This document shows positions 50,701-63,538 of a stretch of 64,000 bases of DNA, in pieces. Source of the DNA: Ophelia neglecta. Taxonomy: Eukaryota. The stretch lies in contig OZ260667.1 of NCBI GenBank assembly GCA_965285935.1, positions 22,630,001-22,694,000 of the forward strand. Direction: 5' to 3'. A model generated the notes under the pieces. That model made no database searches and was not told the origin of the DNA. It saw nothing but the letters and a program-made list of their open reading frames with translations. A program made the translations under genes and the position numbers. The first letter of the stretch is position 1, and the number at the start of each line of letters is the position of its first letter.

Positions 50701-53700
50701 TAGCCCTCGTGGGTTATTATAATAGGCATTGGGTACTGACAGCTTATAGAGGAAGGATGTACATGAGGGCAGTTAGTAGTCAACACGACCCTTAATTAAT
50801 TAAGGAGCCCCATGATAGTTTCGCATTATATTTAAATAGTTTATATAACTGTAATCTCCCTTGTTCTACTCACTGGAATAGTATCAAGGAAAATTACCAA
50901 AAGGAACATTGCCCATAATAATCCTTGTCGTTGCTGGTGCTGTCACTGGACCCCTTCAACGCAAGGTTTGAAGGGCACAAAGCCGGAGCAACAATAAGCA
51001 AAATAAAATAAACCCCAAAATAAGACCAGTCCTCGCTACACAAGCCTCAAAATTATACGATATCTATTATCATTCGTTCTACTTTTTTTTGCAACGAAGG
51101 AATTATGAATATCATCTCTGGCTGGAAGTGCCTAACTTAGTTCATTGCAGTTATCCCTAGAACTTGAGATTAAATAACATCTAGAACTGTATATATACTG
51201 TGTTGCCATCGTATACTGTGTTGTCATCAATCTTGAGTCAAGAATTTTGCTTACACATATCACCAGGACAAAGATTACCCTGAAGATCCATTCTCGAGAT
51301 GGAATAAATTAGTCCACAAAAACACTTTAAAATGATTCAACAGCATTGGTCTCATTGGCAGGCAACTTATGATGTACATGTATGTACGTACATGTTTTTC
51401 TGATCGGACTTAATTGCCTACACAAAGTGAATGAGACACAATTTCGTACACTATATCAAATATGGATATTTATTTAAACAAATACATTGACAAGCAATCA
51501 GATTTATGAAAATAGCTAGATAATTATTTTGCGAAGGCATTTCAGGTAAATAGATGAGGAATTGTGGCTTTTATTTGAATAGTATCATAAGATAAAAGCA
51601 GAAATGTTTCCCGGGTACATCACTGAAACCCTCATTGAAAGTTGGCGCAGTCTACGAATCTTGACCAAAAAGTGGCGAAATTTGTGTTTTTAAACAAAAC
51701 CGAACGTTCCTTTAACTCCTTTAACTGAACCGGCTCGAAATAGGCTCTACATATTTTACTGCTTGTACGCCGGATCGGACGGCCTTTGAACTGTGTAGCT
51801 CGATGCATCCCTTGATTAAGGTTCAGACAAGAATCAAAGCAGAAGGCGTGAACAAAGTGACAAAAAGCGTGTTGGGAAAAGAAATCAATGAGCGATTGCG
51901 TGAAACAAAAGCAAAAGATAAATACCATTTTTTGTGAAAAGGAAAAAAACTATTTCGTAATAAAAAGAAACAAAAGTCTGTGTCACTCGACTTTAACGGC
52001 GTAATATACACTAGATGAAACTGAAACGTTACGAAAATAGTAAAAAATAAAACGACAAAACAGAAAACCAGTGCTCCGGCGACAATCCTAAGGCGCAGAA
52101 AGACAACCAAAAGAATGAACAAACTATAGTATAGGGAAAGTGACATACCTCTATGAAAGGAATATTTATCCACTTAAATAAGAAACACAGAGGTTGTACA
52201 TAGTAGATTAAGTGAAATTAATCAGCATTGAATGTGAAACAGACGGTGCTCATAAATTGTGTGCGTCTTTTTATCAACGGGACATACAAAGATGTACCCG
52301 ATAGTCAAAGATTGGTTGCTGTTTGGCAGGATTAGGGCACACATAAATTGTGCTGTCCCAGACATGAAAATTAAACTGCTTGCGCGGTCGATGGAGGGCA
52401 AAATATATACTCCTCATCCATGTATAAAGGTAAAGAAATTATTTGAACACATCCATAGAAATAAAGCGATTTCGTCATTGAATGAACAAAGATATATTAA
52501 TATTGGTAACAAATAATACAGTGCTGTGCTACTTTGGCAGTCGGACAACATATGACCAATTCAACAACGGGCGAATGCAGATGTAGTAGTGTCTTAGGCA
52601 GTGTTTTTATTGCGGGCAAAAAGAACTGCCCAAGAAATCTTTGCTCTTGCAGCCACCACATTAGTGAGCCTACTGAGATTTCTGTCCTCCAGCAAGATAG
52701 TCAGTATACATATTCTCGTGTAATGTAGAGTGCACCCTTTTCTGGTAGACCAAATTAAGAGCACAAAATATGATTAAAACCCAATCTCTACTGTAATCAA
52801 TCGGCTGGCTCGATGCGATCCAGCGCCAACATGGCCAAGTTACTCGACTACAGCGGTAATTTGACGCCTCGGGCTTGCTCAACCAACTATTTATTGGTCC
52901 AACACGGGAATAGAAAAAACTTTGCATCATTTGATAGAAATCTCTTCTACATTAATTACATTGGATTTTATTAAGCAAGATACTAATAAAGATACGCGAA
53001 AATAGTTGGCTGTGATAATCCGTCTGTTGTCCAAGTGATAAATCGTGTTTTTATGTTGTCATTTCGCCCTGGATAACATTTGCACTATCGTCCTTCCCAT
53101 CCGTCTCCTCCGACAGACGGTTAACTTTCGGAGGTGCATAATGACTTCTGGGTGTACTCTTGTAAAGCAGACATTAAGCACCAGTCTTACGACCCCAGCA
53201 GGTATATTATAGCTACTCCTAAATTATTAAACAAATATGCGTGTATGCAACAGGTATATAGCATGGGGCGGCTATGTCAATTATAAAGGGGATGTTATAC
53301 AATATAGATGTAAACTGCTGCATTGCCAATTAACAAAGTCAGTAACTAATAATGCCAATAAATACAGACTTTGAACTGAATCAAAGGGAAAACTGCTTAT
53401 GACTAGGAAAACAATAATATGTACATGTAGCTATAATAAATGACTGTTAGTTCATTCTCTACGTTATGGTAATTTTTGTGACATATTTTTTCTTTGGTAC
53501 ATTGTCCAAGTCCATGTTCTCACGTACCTCGGCCTTCTTTATCTGTTTTTTTTGTACGGCAAGAGACATGACTTTATTTACTAGATTATCTTATCTGGTG
53601 GATATCGCCTTAAGTCACACATGCATTATGCCTCTTAAACATGCAAATCTGATCAGCATTGGTAATTTGTTACGCAGTCTTCTATAAGCACTTGCACCAG

Positions 53701-53936
53701 CGTCAAAATAAAAAGGTAAAAGTGGGCCTTTAGTTTTTCCTGTGTAAGTCCAAAAACTGCTTCACATTGCCATTGCCCTTTAAGGCAACTTATTTTTGCT
53801 TATTGGTTTGGCTACCAATCTACTTTAGTCTGGGGAATGTCATCATCCCCATTTTGCCTTAAGCTAAACTTAACAATTCCCAGACTTCGATATAGTGTTT
53901 GTTTCCTGTACCTTGAGGTAGAAACATTGCAAAAAT

Positions 53937-54545
53937 CCATAGGTTTAAAAACTGGTAATCAATTATTTAGTTTCCTGTTCGGCTATATAAGATATTTGTA
54001 CAGGATGATGGGCAGTTACTATAAATCATGATCCATCGTTGTTAGCGTCAAAAATAAGGTGTCTGATCCAAAAATCATGTATACGAGACGGTATTTTAAT
54101 GTTAATTGAATGATTCGCGCAAGGTAGATGAGAGCCAAGAGTAATGACCACGAAATGTCAGCGAATATAAAAAAAGAAGGCAATTTTGGACATAACAGGT
54201 CCCCTCCGTTTACCTTGGTCGTGGCGGTTTTCCAAGTGGAATCACATCTTAATGCCCATATATATAGTCCTTTACTATATTACACAGAAAGAGATAGAAC
54301 TCGACCAAGGAAATGCTATTTTACCCACAGTGTAGGAATCTGGAAGGCGCCTTATTGTCCCACCTCATGATAAGCGTAAGTGTTCGTCCTGTGACCTAAA
54401 AAATACCATGGATAAATGTCAGAGAAAAGATTTGGGCACTGCCATCTGGAACCAGTGTGTAAGCTCCACTGGAAAGGGTACCCTTTTCAAACCATAGAAT
54501 CTATAAGTAAGGTATTCAATTATTTAGTTTCCTGTCCCGTCAGAT
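53937..54545. repeat. Old local direct repeat (~45-bp homology, 20-bp exact core), spacing 557 bp
   Basis: TCAATTATTTAGTTTCCTGT at 53959-53978 and 54516-54535, each preceded by CCATAG...GGTA. Confidence 0.7.
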
Positions 54546-54893
54546 ATCTTATGGGATGGTATAAGATAGACATAAATGTAAGAAAAATTCGTGACATATG
54601 GTATTCCTCTAGGTAGAATTCGGGCCTTTATACTTCCGTCTTTGTATCAATGGCTTTAAAAATGTTCCATCTAAAGCAGACAGGTTCTTTTAGCAGATAG
54701 CATAACGTTTTATATAGCTTTGTCCAATAAAAACGTAAACAAATCTCTATAAATGAAAATTAATACAGGTTTGATATTGGATTAAAACCAACTACTATTA
54801 ATTATCACTACTAATTGAAAAAACTTATTTCTTCTGACTATTTCTTCATCTGTTGGAGTTATTTTTCTTGCTCTGATTATATGAATGTTCTTA

Positions 54894-55417
54894 AGCCCCA
54901 ATCATAGTTTCACGTTTCGGTAGCTACGTTTAGCTACGTTACGAAACGGAGCAGAAATGTTACAGAACCTGCTTACATTTGGGATCAAATCTAGCTAAAA
55001 CGTGACCTAGAGTGAATAAACATGAACTGAAAAGATTATTTTGAACATGATCAAAATAAGCGGCCTTTTTCCCACACCGTATTACATAGTACTACAACGA
55101 GGCACCAACGCAGCAACAAAATGGTAGAACGTAGTAACAATGTGGTTACTACGTAGCAAAAAACGCTCTGCTGCGTTGTGGCGTCGTTGGACCCACGTCA
55201 CGGTGTGCCACGCCATGCTATCGGTTTTCGCGTTATGCTACGTTTCTGCAACGTTGTGGTAGTTAGAATACGTTGTAGTCAGCTGAGCTGCAACAAGACG
55301 ACAGCGTGTCGACAACGGTGTACAACGTGGCAAGCGGCCGACTTTGGCAATATGTTTACCATAACCTAAATGAAAAGACACGACGGCGCGGGCAAAAGGT
55401 GATACTATGGCTGAGCT
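54894..55417. mobile_element. Degenerate non-autonomous TIR element (possibly PIF/Harbinger-like) with CpG-rich internal palindromes
   Basis: Left end AGCCCCAATCATAGTTTCACGTTT (preceded by TTA) vs reverse complement of right end AGCTCAGCCATAGTATCACCTTT. Interior rich in CTACGT/ACGTAG/CAACG motifs, with a nested hairpin at 55095-55189. TSD not preserved on the right, so the superfamily is a guess. Confidence 0.6.
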
Positions 55418-57960
55418 ATCAGATTTATCCTATTCTATTTTCATATATATAATGTTGTGATCCCTTGGTATATATTTTTTGTTTATTTCTATTATTGTCG
55501 ACTGCTACAAGACATGGTCCTCTAGTCCCTACATGTTCTTTCACACAATTATTTTTTGATAATTTCTACCCTAAATACTCTATTCGGTCGATATGCTAGA
55601 CTGAAACAACTTTATGCCACGTTTAAACTTGTCAGAGGATAGCATTGACATCAGAATTGTTATCGTACGCTTGTCATTGGAATATTGTCTGCTTGCCAAT
55701 GATTGGTTACCCTCAAATGACAACCCCAGTTAACATTAAAGGGCCTTGGCCTGTCGCAATTACGTGGCTGTGCAAAAGGAAAGAGAGCAAAACAAAAACA
55801 AGCCATATTTCAAAGTTAAACTGTTAATGCCAGAGCGATTTGTTCTATCTATAATGGCTGAAAGGGCCAGCTTTTCTGTAAATGGTTTTTCATTTGGCCA
55901 TGGCCTCGACATCGTCCTCGGCCCTGGGACTCTACATGCTTGTCACAGATTGATGACAGAGTGAATTGCCTACCTTACTACGGGGAGTTCCTTTTCATGA
56001 AATATGTCTTTGACAAATGGGGTCGCGTGTGTTTAGGATTTTTTTCTGTCGCCAGTAGGCCTATTGGCGGCTGAGGTAGACATTTAATGACGTAGGCCTA
56101 GATTGTGTTTCCATATCGGGTAATATGCCCATCGGCTTTATGGTTTAAAAATAAATGCATACTACCTCCCAGCCTACGTACGTAAAATAGTGACTGAAAT
56201 GAAATCTAAGACATTTCTCTGATGGCATACAAATAAGCCGCACACTGTATAGGACTTTGAATCAAAGGTCTTTCCGGGGTTTTTTTTCTTTTGGTGAAAA
56301 CAATAATTACCTTGGTGATATTGCTACTTATAAATTACATAGACGGCAATCCAAAAGAATGTCCATATAACATTTTTTGTATGAAAAAATTATTAATATA
56401 CATGTAGTTCCTATAGATGATTTGATGTCATGTGATAAACAGTTATTGGTGATTTATATATCCGGTTCCGGTCTAACTGGCTCACCGTAGGCATCTCCCA
56501 TATAATGTATTTATCCCCTTTCGGAGCTCCATCTTAAGACTGTAGTAGTGATAGTATCCGCGCATGCTCACTGTCGATACTCTCTTGGTATAATGACATA
56601 GGCACGATTGGTTATGGCAAAGTTAATATATTTATTATCTTCTGTGTCTGTGCTGAAGACCTTAATTTTTTTTTTAGAAATTTGCAGAAATAAGTGTAAT
56701 CATATTCGAGTATATGGACACCTTCGTATTTCTGTGCACTCACCTGAAACATTGAAGCTGGGCAGATTACACCGACCTAAATTGCTATTATTCAATGCAG
56801 TGCTGCCCCCAAACCCCTCCCCTCCCGGCCCCACACCCGAAGTAGAACCGCAGCACTCCGCAGCAGATGTTCGATCCGGCCGGGGAATGCCCTGAAAAGG
56901 TGCGAAACATACATAATTTGCCTGGATTACGAATGAATAATGAAATTTAGATAGTCAACACGGGAACATTAAAACCATGGAGGTATGGGAAAGTATTGTT
57001 TTGGAATTGCGTGATTGCAAATGACAAGTGTGGATATTAATGGGTTCGTCGGTGCGGTACCGTAACGGCTCCCACATGTGACTTAAAACAAGCAAAATTG
57101 CCACTTTTTCTTCAGATCATCACTCCATTGACTTTGCTAAGACAATCCAATGGCATCCCATGTAATAAATCACAATATTATGAGTTGGTGCTGTCCCCAT
57201 GCTAGCTTCCTTTAAATAAGAAAAGGTAGAGCGACTGTTATTCGCGGAAGTTCATATTATGTCCTTCCTCTGCAAACTAATGTTATCGTGTAGTTTCTTT
57301 TTTAGACATTTAAATGTTTCATATGATGTGAATCGAAAAAAAAACATATTTATCTGTCCTTCACTTTAAAATAACGCCTGTTAGTGGTGCAACCAGTTAG
57401 ATTTTATGCAAAACATCTCGCATTTTTATGGTCGAAAGCTTTCAACGTCTAAGGACCGATATTGACAGATAAATCAGGAACGGCTTGTTGGTACTTATGA
57501 AATTAAGAATATTTAAACGTGATGTCCATTTTATGATGGAAATATAAATTTTGTAGTGTCCTCCCATAAAGAGATCATAAAGGGGCTCTCCTATAGCCCA
57601 TCTCCTATGATATATCCTTTCGGACCGTTTGAAGTTCAAATAAATCATTCAATATGACACCCCATATAAACACACCATGATCAAAACCGAGGACCTTCTT
57701 ATGAGGTCGTATACACATCTCAGTGTAATCAATATGCTCCAGCTTGGCCTAGAATATTCAATAAAAAGCTACATTGTTAAATTGTGTCGACTCTAGGGCT
57801 TCGTCCTGCCATCCATCATGGTCGCAAGATCGCCTAGCAACCTCCGATCCAGTCTGGCGGCAGCCTTCGCTGTTTTTAACGTCTCGATTAAAATGTGTTA
57901 AAATATTATGTAAATTACACATTTAATAAAAGACGAGGGGTTTGTTGTAAAATCCTGTCA

Positions 57961-58055
57961 ATATTTATCTTATTTATTCATTTTATTTATTAAAACTGAT
58001 TTACCCTGGTCAGCCCTGTCAGCTTATAGCTATTCTTCCCAGGGGCCCATCATAC
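57961..58055 (-). mobile_element. 3' terminal fragment of a CR1/L2/Crack-type LINE
   Basis: Minus strand reads GGGCCCCTGGGAAGAATAGCTATAAGCTGACAGGGCTGACCAGGGTAAAT...AATAAATAAAATGAATAAAT, resembling the terminal stem-loop plus (TAAA)n tail of these clades. No coding part seen. Confidence 0.55.
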
Positions 58056-58972
58056 AACTAACAAACAGCACAAAATAATTGCGGATTATTTCGTAGATTG
58101 GATGACTTTGTGTTTGACCGACGAAGAAGACAAATTTTACTAGAAACCTCACATAGGTTCGATATATGCGTGCCGCAGGATAATCCCTGGTCTGTCCTAC
58201 AACCAAGGTGTTTAGTGTAGGGAACGGACTCAAAGTCAATATTATTTATATTAATATGAAAATCATAACTGGTGCGTATTTTGGGGTAAGTTCCTATTCT
58301 CGTAACACAGCATTTACTAGCATTTGACGTGGGACGATTTTTTGTGGGATCCTAAAACTAACTTACCATAGGTACATTGTAGCACATTTTTAACAAGGGC
58401 CAAGTTATCTTCGAGTGCATAGAGCGACTTATCATCTGCCAACAAGTTGCAGAAGGCATTAATATAAGATGTCGGAAGGTCATTTACGAATGGTAAATAT
58501 AGGATCGGTCGGAGAACAGATCCATGCGGGACCCTCGCCTGGATTGCCCAATTTTCCTGGTGCTTAAATATCCTGCAGTAATTTCAACAAAGTTTGAAGC
58601 CACCAAAATATGCTGGTTTCAATACAAATACAAATGTATATGGGGAAACGGCTCGGACTTTTCAGCAATGACGTCTGTGTTCAATATTCGTTTTTCTATT
58701 TCTCTACCTACCTACCTTGCTTGCGAACGGCGGACACCTGGCTCATGGTGACTTAATTGCGTTGCCATAGCAATTAATGATGACACACGGTTTGAACGTC
58801 AATTGGTCCGAAATCTAATTAACCCAAATCACACCATGCCCTGGATCAATCAATTGGGTTATCTAGGTCATATGTGATTTAACTTTCAATTGCTTTTGCG
58901 GCGCTAATTGTGATTTAGTGCAAAGTCGACAGTTAATATAATTACATAGGTGGTGGTCAATTACTATGGTCA

Positions 58973-59023
58973 GGGGGGGGGGAGGGGAGGGAGGGGCGGG
59001 GCAAATCCTTTGGGGGAGGGGGG
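58973..59023 (+). other. G-rich tract with G-quadruplex-forming pattern
   Basis: G10-A-G4-A-G3-A-G4-C-G4 followed by G5-A-G6. A C19 run lies at 59204-59222. Confidence 0.7.
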
Positions 59024-59754
59024 TCCAAGAATTGTGACAATTGATTTACATAGCTAATGGGTTGTCACATTGTATGCTTTCAAAGCTTTTTCCAGGTTTT
59101 CTATCAAAAGAGCAGCTTCATTGAAATTATTTTATTGAATAGGTTGCTTTTTAGCCGGAGGTTTTTCTAACGTAATGATCGTCGCTTTCAACCCTACATG
59201 GAGCCCCCCCCCCCCCCCCCCCTAATCCCGACTTTAATATAGGCAGTAGTCTTTCCCTGTCACCGGCCGGAGGGCTTACATTTGCTAGAAAGCAAATGCC
59301 CCTGCTTTATTTGTCCTGAAATTAGCCTGATTGAAGATGAACAGGAGATATAATATCTAATTGACTTGGATTTTTACTTAATCCTCCATTCGTTTGTCCT
59401 GCAGCTGAGCCGTACAGGAGAAGACTTGTAGCGCCGACTGCCTCTGAATAGAAGGGTCCGGTCCCTCAATACCAGCTGGTGGGTGGGGTAATCTTTGGGT
59501 GGGCATCCATTTCCTTGGGACTTGTTAGCACATTTATCTGATCTCCCCCTCTGATTTATATAAAGTAGGCTAATGTGCTCTTTATTTTACTATGGACTTC
59601 TGACCACTAATTTGACGAAATGACGAGCTTAACCTATTTCCAAACTGTTACAGTAAATCTTTAATGCGCTCTTGTGTCTTAAAGGTACTAGATAGGCAGT
59701 TCAAATGTATTGAACACTAATAGGAAGTCATATGCAAGAAATCCAGTGGTGGCA

Positions 59755-59793
59755 ATATATATATACATATATACATGTATATATATATATATA
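59755..59793. repeat. Interrupted (AT)n microsatellite
   Basis: ATATATATATACATATATACATGTATATATATATATATAT. Confidence 0.9.
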
Positions 59794-60594
59794 TCTTTAT
59801 TGGTACCGAAGAAGTACACAAGTTTTGGTGCAAGGACAAAAGTTTAGCGAGGAAGTTAATTAGGCCTATAACATCGATTAAATAATCATAAATTTGAACA
59901 TGTGTCTTATTTTTCAAGGTCTAGTCAAAACAATTAATATATATCAGATTTTAAACGGCGCAAAGTAGGTGATTTTAACTTATGGTTTACAAATGGGTTG
60001 TCCCACACGGAATATCCGGTATGTTATTTCGACCTTGACCTTGCTATAAAGTTCCTATTCTGATAGAAATATTGTGGTGTAGTCATAATAGAATGGTTTG
60101 ACAGTGCAAGATAGATTAATCTATCAAATAAATTTACCACTAATAGGAACTCACGTGTAAGCAGTCTAAAGATAATCTTGATTTGACCTTGACCTCAATT
60201 TACCTGTTAATTGAGTTTGAACTAATAACTGAAAATGTTCTTTGCCTCCTTATAGCTCAAGGTGCTAGCTCGAAATATCATATGTTTTAACTGCTAATTG
60301 AGATCATATACAAATGATCCATCAGTGATCCTTAATGCAACATAATGGTCAGATTTTGAATGTCAGTTTGATATATTGTTGTTTCCATTTTTACCAAGCC
60401 CCCCAGCTGGCATATAGTGAAGGGACGCTAATTGATTCTAGATACAACGAGTCTTGGCAAGGTACAAATTCAATCGTCCCAGGGAGAGAGTGAGTTCCTA
60501 ACGACTGGTGATGTCGGAATGTCACAGTTTAAGCCATGGACTTCCACAATCGCATGCCTCTTCGGTCTGATATCGTCTCCATTAGTATCAAGGT

Positions 60595-60820
60595 TAATCC
60601 GGTCCGCTTCGTCCTTGGCTGTCTGTTGCTTACATCAGAAGATCGCGTGGTCGCCAGCACGCCTGACAACAACGTAAAAACCTTCAACCCCCCCCCCCCT
60701 TACTTTATCCCTATGGATAACGTCATTTCCGCCGACGCTTTGCTCTTGATCGATCAAGATATAGCAGCCCACTTCCGAGTGATGACGCGTCGTGACTCGC
60801 AGCTTCCCACGCGTACATGT
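60595..60820. promoter_or_regulatory. CpG-rich candidate promoter/enhancer ~2.2 kb upstream of the right-edge gene
   Basis: High local CpG density; X-box-like ATCCCTATGGATAAC (60707-21); ETS-like ACTTCCG; CRE/ATF half sites (ACGTCA, TGACGC); Su(H)/RBPJ site TTCCCACG (~60805); 16-bp palindrome TCTTGATCGATCAAGA (60744-59). Confidence 0.35.
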
Positions 60821-62798
60821 AAATTGACAGCGTTGAGGATAGTTCCTGATAGTTATTCGAGTATATAGACTTGCCCTTAGTGTGGTGATATAATATAATT
60901 ATAGCTATCGGTGACGTTTAAATGGTCTTAAAGTGTTAGTGTGTCTCGTTTTACGCTCAATCGCTTCATGTAAGCAGCAGTGGTTTGAGTAGTCAGGTCC
61001 GGCTCTAGTCAGACGTGGCGGGACGGCCACTTAAAGCTTATTTTGAGCAGAATGCTATGTTTAAATAACGAGAATGAGACTATCCGTATTTTCATTTTGG
61101 TGGGGTATGGATAAACAGTGCTTGATGCAAAATGAACAAAAAGCGGGTCATCAATATAGCAGCACGTTCGAAATCGAGGTTGTAGCATTGGACAGGGTTT
61201 TATGGTAGGCCATCTTCCAAATGATTCCTTCCGGTAATTTGGCCCAACTGTTGGGCCGAGTAACAGACGGCAAGAGATTTATCCACGCTAAGAATACACG
61301 TCATATCTTATGGACAGTATGAACAGGGTAAAGATAAATGAATCAAAATTAGAATATGACATTAGCCTTCGCGAATATGGATTTAATTTTCCTTTTTAAA
61401 ATATTGCACAACATTTAATAAATACGAAATAAACGTTACACAATACAATATACAGCACTTGTGTGTTTTAGTTGCAGAACCAGTCAACTAAAATCTATAT
61501 AAAGTGTGCACAGAAATTCAAACAAGGGAACAACAACAAAAACAAAACACTAGTGAAAAATTAAGCTACGACTCCCAGCAAACATTCTTTATAGTAGTTT
61601 AAGTAGGAATTTAACAATGTCGTTCTTTACATAAATGAACGTCCTCGATCTGATATTACTGCTCTTCACGTTTCTTCATATTGTTTACGTCGGAGAAGCA
61701 TTACGCGTAATTTCTTTGAAAACGACCGTTTCTTTAAATATAACCGGTTTTGAACATTCGTCTCCTTCTGTTACTAGCCAACTTGTACAGCAGTCTATTT
61801 AAATGGTGCGCCGTTAAGCTAAGAGTGTATAATTATAGAAGGGACATTATCTGCTAAAGGTTGTCAGTCATTATAAATAGGTTTACGTATTAATGCGGGG
61901 ACTAAGATGCCTTTTTACATGAAGCCAATGCTCTTGCTCTCGGGAGTATATCCAACTCACGGTGGATTGGGCACCTACAATTCAGTTCATTCGAATCCCT
62001 TAGCTTGGTCTATTGCAAAACACGTTAATGTTGGCGTGTATGATAATACTATGATGCGATGTTCATAAGCCCGCCATAAAATAAAGCCATCTTAATATTC
62101 TTTAATTTTAAAACATAGAAACGCTCAAACATTACTTTTTCCTGCATCTGTACGCGCGAAAATAAGTCTCGACCATTATTTGATTGATGTCCACGAAAAT
62201 GAGCAACATTTATCTGACTTTTTAACTCATCTTGTGTCACTTAATGGAATCAGGAGTTCATTTATCATATCCAAAAGAGCAGGTTTAACATTTTATAAGT
62301 CTCGATGTATAGTGTGGTACAGTTTTATAATAAGCTAACAGGCTGCCCTCAATAAAACCACGATGACACCATCGACTTTCTAGGTTCAAGTTCCATTACA
62401 GAGAAGATAGAAACACACCCTGGTCACAAACATCACAATTATGATCTTTGTGTTTTCAAAGTCTGTCTTTCACCACCATAAATCGTGACCAAAACATAGG
62501 CGTTTAAACTTTAAATCATGCCAACAGTGGACATATTAGAGCGTGCTAAAATGTCATAATAACTTAGAATAACTTCTATCATATATAAAGCTTAAATCAC
62601 TATTGACCACAAGGAGGCAGATATTAAAGCATCTGATTACTATGTCCAACAAACCTTAGTGGTTGATATTTCTATTGGCTAGACTTGATTTATTAACCAA
62701 CCAAATATATATTTGTTTCATGACAAATATAAAGCATTGAACGGGGTGATAAAATCGCTGCCCTATTATATACAACTGCCTGAGATAAAGGCCTATCT

Positions 62799-62939
62799 AT
62801 GACTGGTCTTACGTTTTACCAACCATTGGCGGTTCTCTTCAAGGTCCAAACTCGACATTCCATTTTACTAGAGCTCGTTAATGGAGCTCTTTCATTACAG
62901 CGAGGATACGAAAACAAATATCGCTTTCAGCACTGCCAA
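62799..62939 (+). CDS. Possible upstream coding exon of the right-edge gene (from ATG 62799, or from the acceptor at 62900)
   Basis: Open frame MTGLTFYQPLAVLFKV...LQRGYENKYRFQHCQ ends at a phase-0 donor CAA|GTAAAT that is phase-compatible with the exon at 63067. Splice signals are weak. Confidence 0.25.
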
Positions 62940-63066
62940 GTAAATATTGGTCTTTGAGTTTACTGGCTAGCCCATGGGATATATCAACAACTACAAAAGT
63001 AATTGGGGTTTGGGAATTGCCTGTCCGAGTAATGATCATGGGTAAGCCAACCTAAATGTCATTTAG

Positions 63067-63175
63067 ATTCATGAGCTGTTTTACAATTCAAAGTTTCTCC
63101 CAAATAAAACCAAGGTTAGCGAAAAACTGGAAAGGAAAGCAATGTTAAAGATTCTAGTCACGGCTACAGAAACTG
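63067..63175 (+). CDS. Putative internal coding exon (IHELFYNSKFLPNKTKVSEKLERKAMLKILVTATET-G) of the right-edge gene
   Basis: Acceptor ATTTAG (AG 63065-66), open frame, and donor G|GTATGTAAGT at 63176 in phase 1, matching the phase-1 acceptor at 63538 (363-bp intron). Confidence 0.5.
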
Positions 63176-63538
63176 GTATGTAAGTTTGTAAAGGAACGGA
63201 ACAGAAAATGCAGTGCCAATCATCTTGAAGGTTATGTTGTTTAATTGGGTACAATGATAGAAGAAAACACAACATCAAATATATTATTAGGTGTTTAATA
63301 TACTCCACATAAACCTTAATGACCTGCTTAGTAAATGAGGACCGTTCTAAATAAAACGAAAAAGATGAGGCCCTCGATGTATGTTCTTCTTCTCCCAAGA
63401 GTAAAAAGTGCACTTCAAATTCTCTGTCGATATTACGCTATATGATCATGAGTTGTCAATTTTTAGTTTTGTGAGTATGTCTTTTTAACTGTTTTTTATA
63501 GTACATGTTCCTAAAGTTTAACCTTTAACCTAATTCAG

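Noticed and set aside
51632-52173. Hydrophobic, membrane-protein-like minus-strand ORFs (also 29632-30057 on +)
   Set aside because: The Phe/Leu richness comes from T-rich composition. No family motif, codon bias or supporting splice structure.
56860-56915. Hammerhead-like CTGAAAA...GAAAC
   Set aside because: Core deviates from CUGANGA, and stems I and II cannot form.
59455-59480. miR-133-like word GGTCCCTCAATACCAGCTG; partial miR-2-like words at ~41982 and ~53007
   Set aside because: Mismatches or indels relative to the mature sequences, and no pre-miRNA hairpin.
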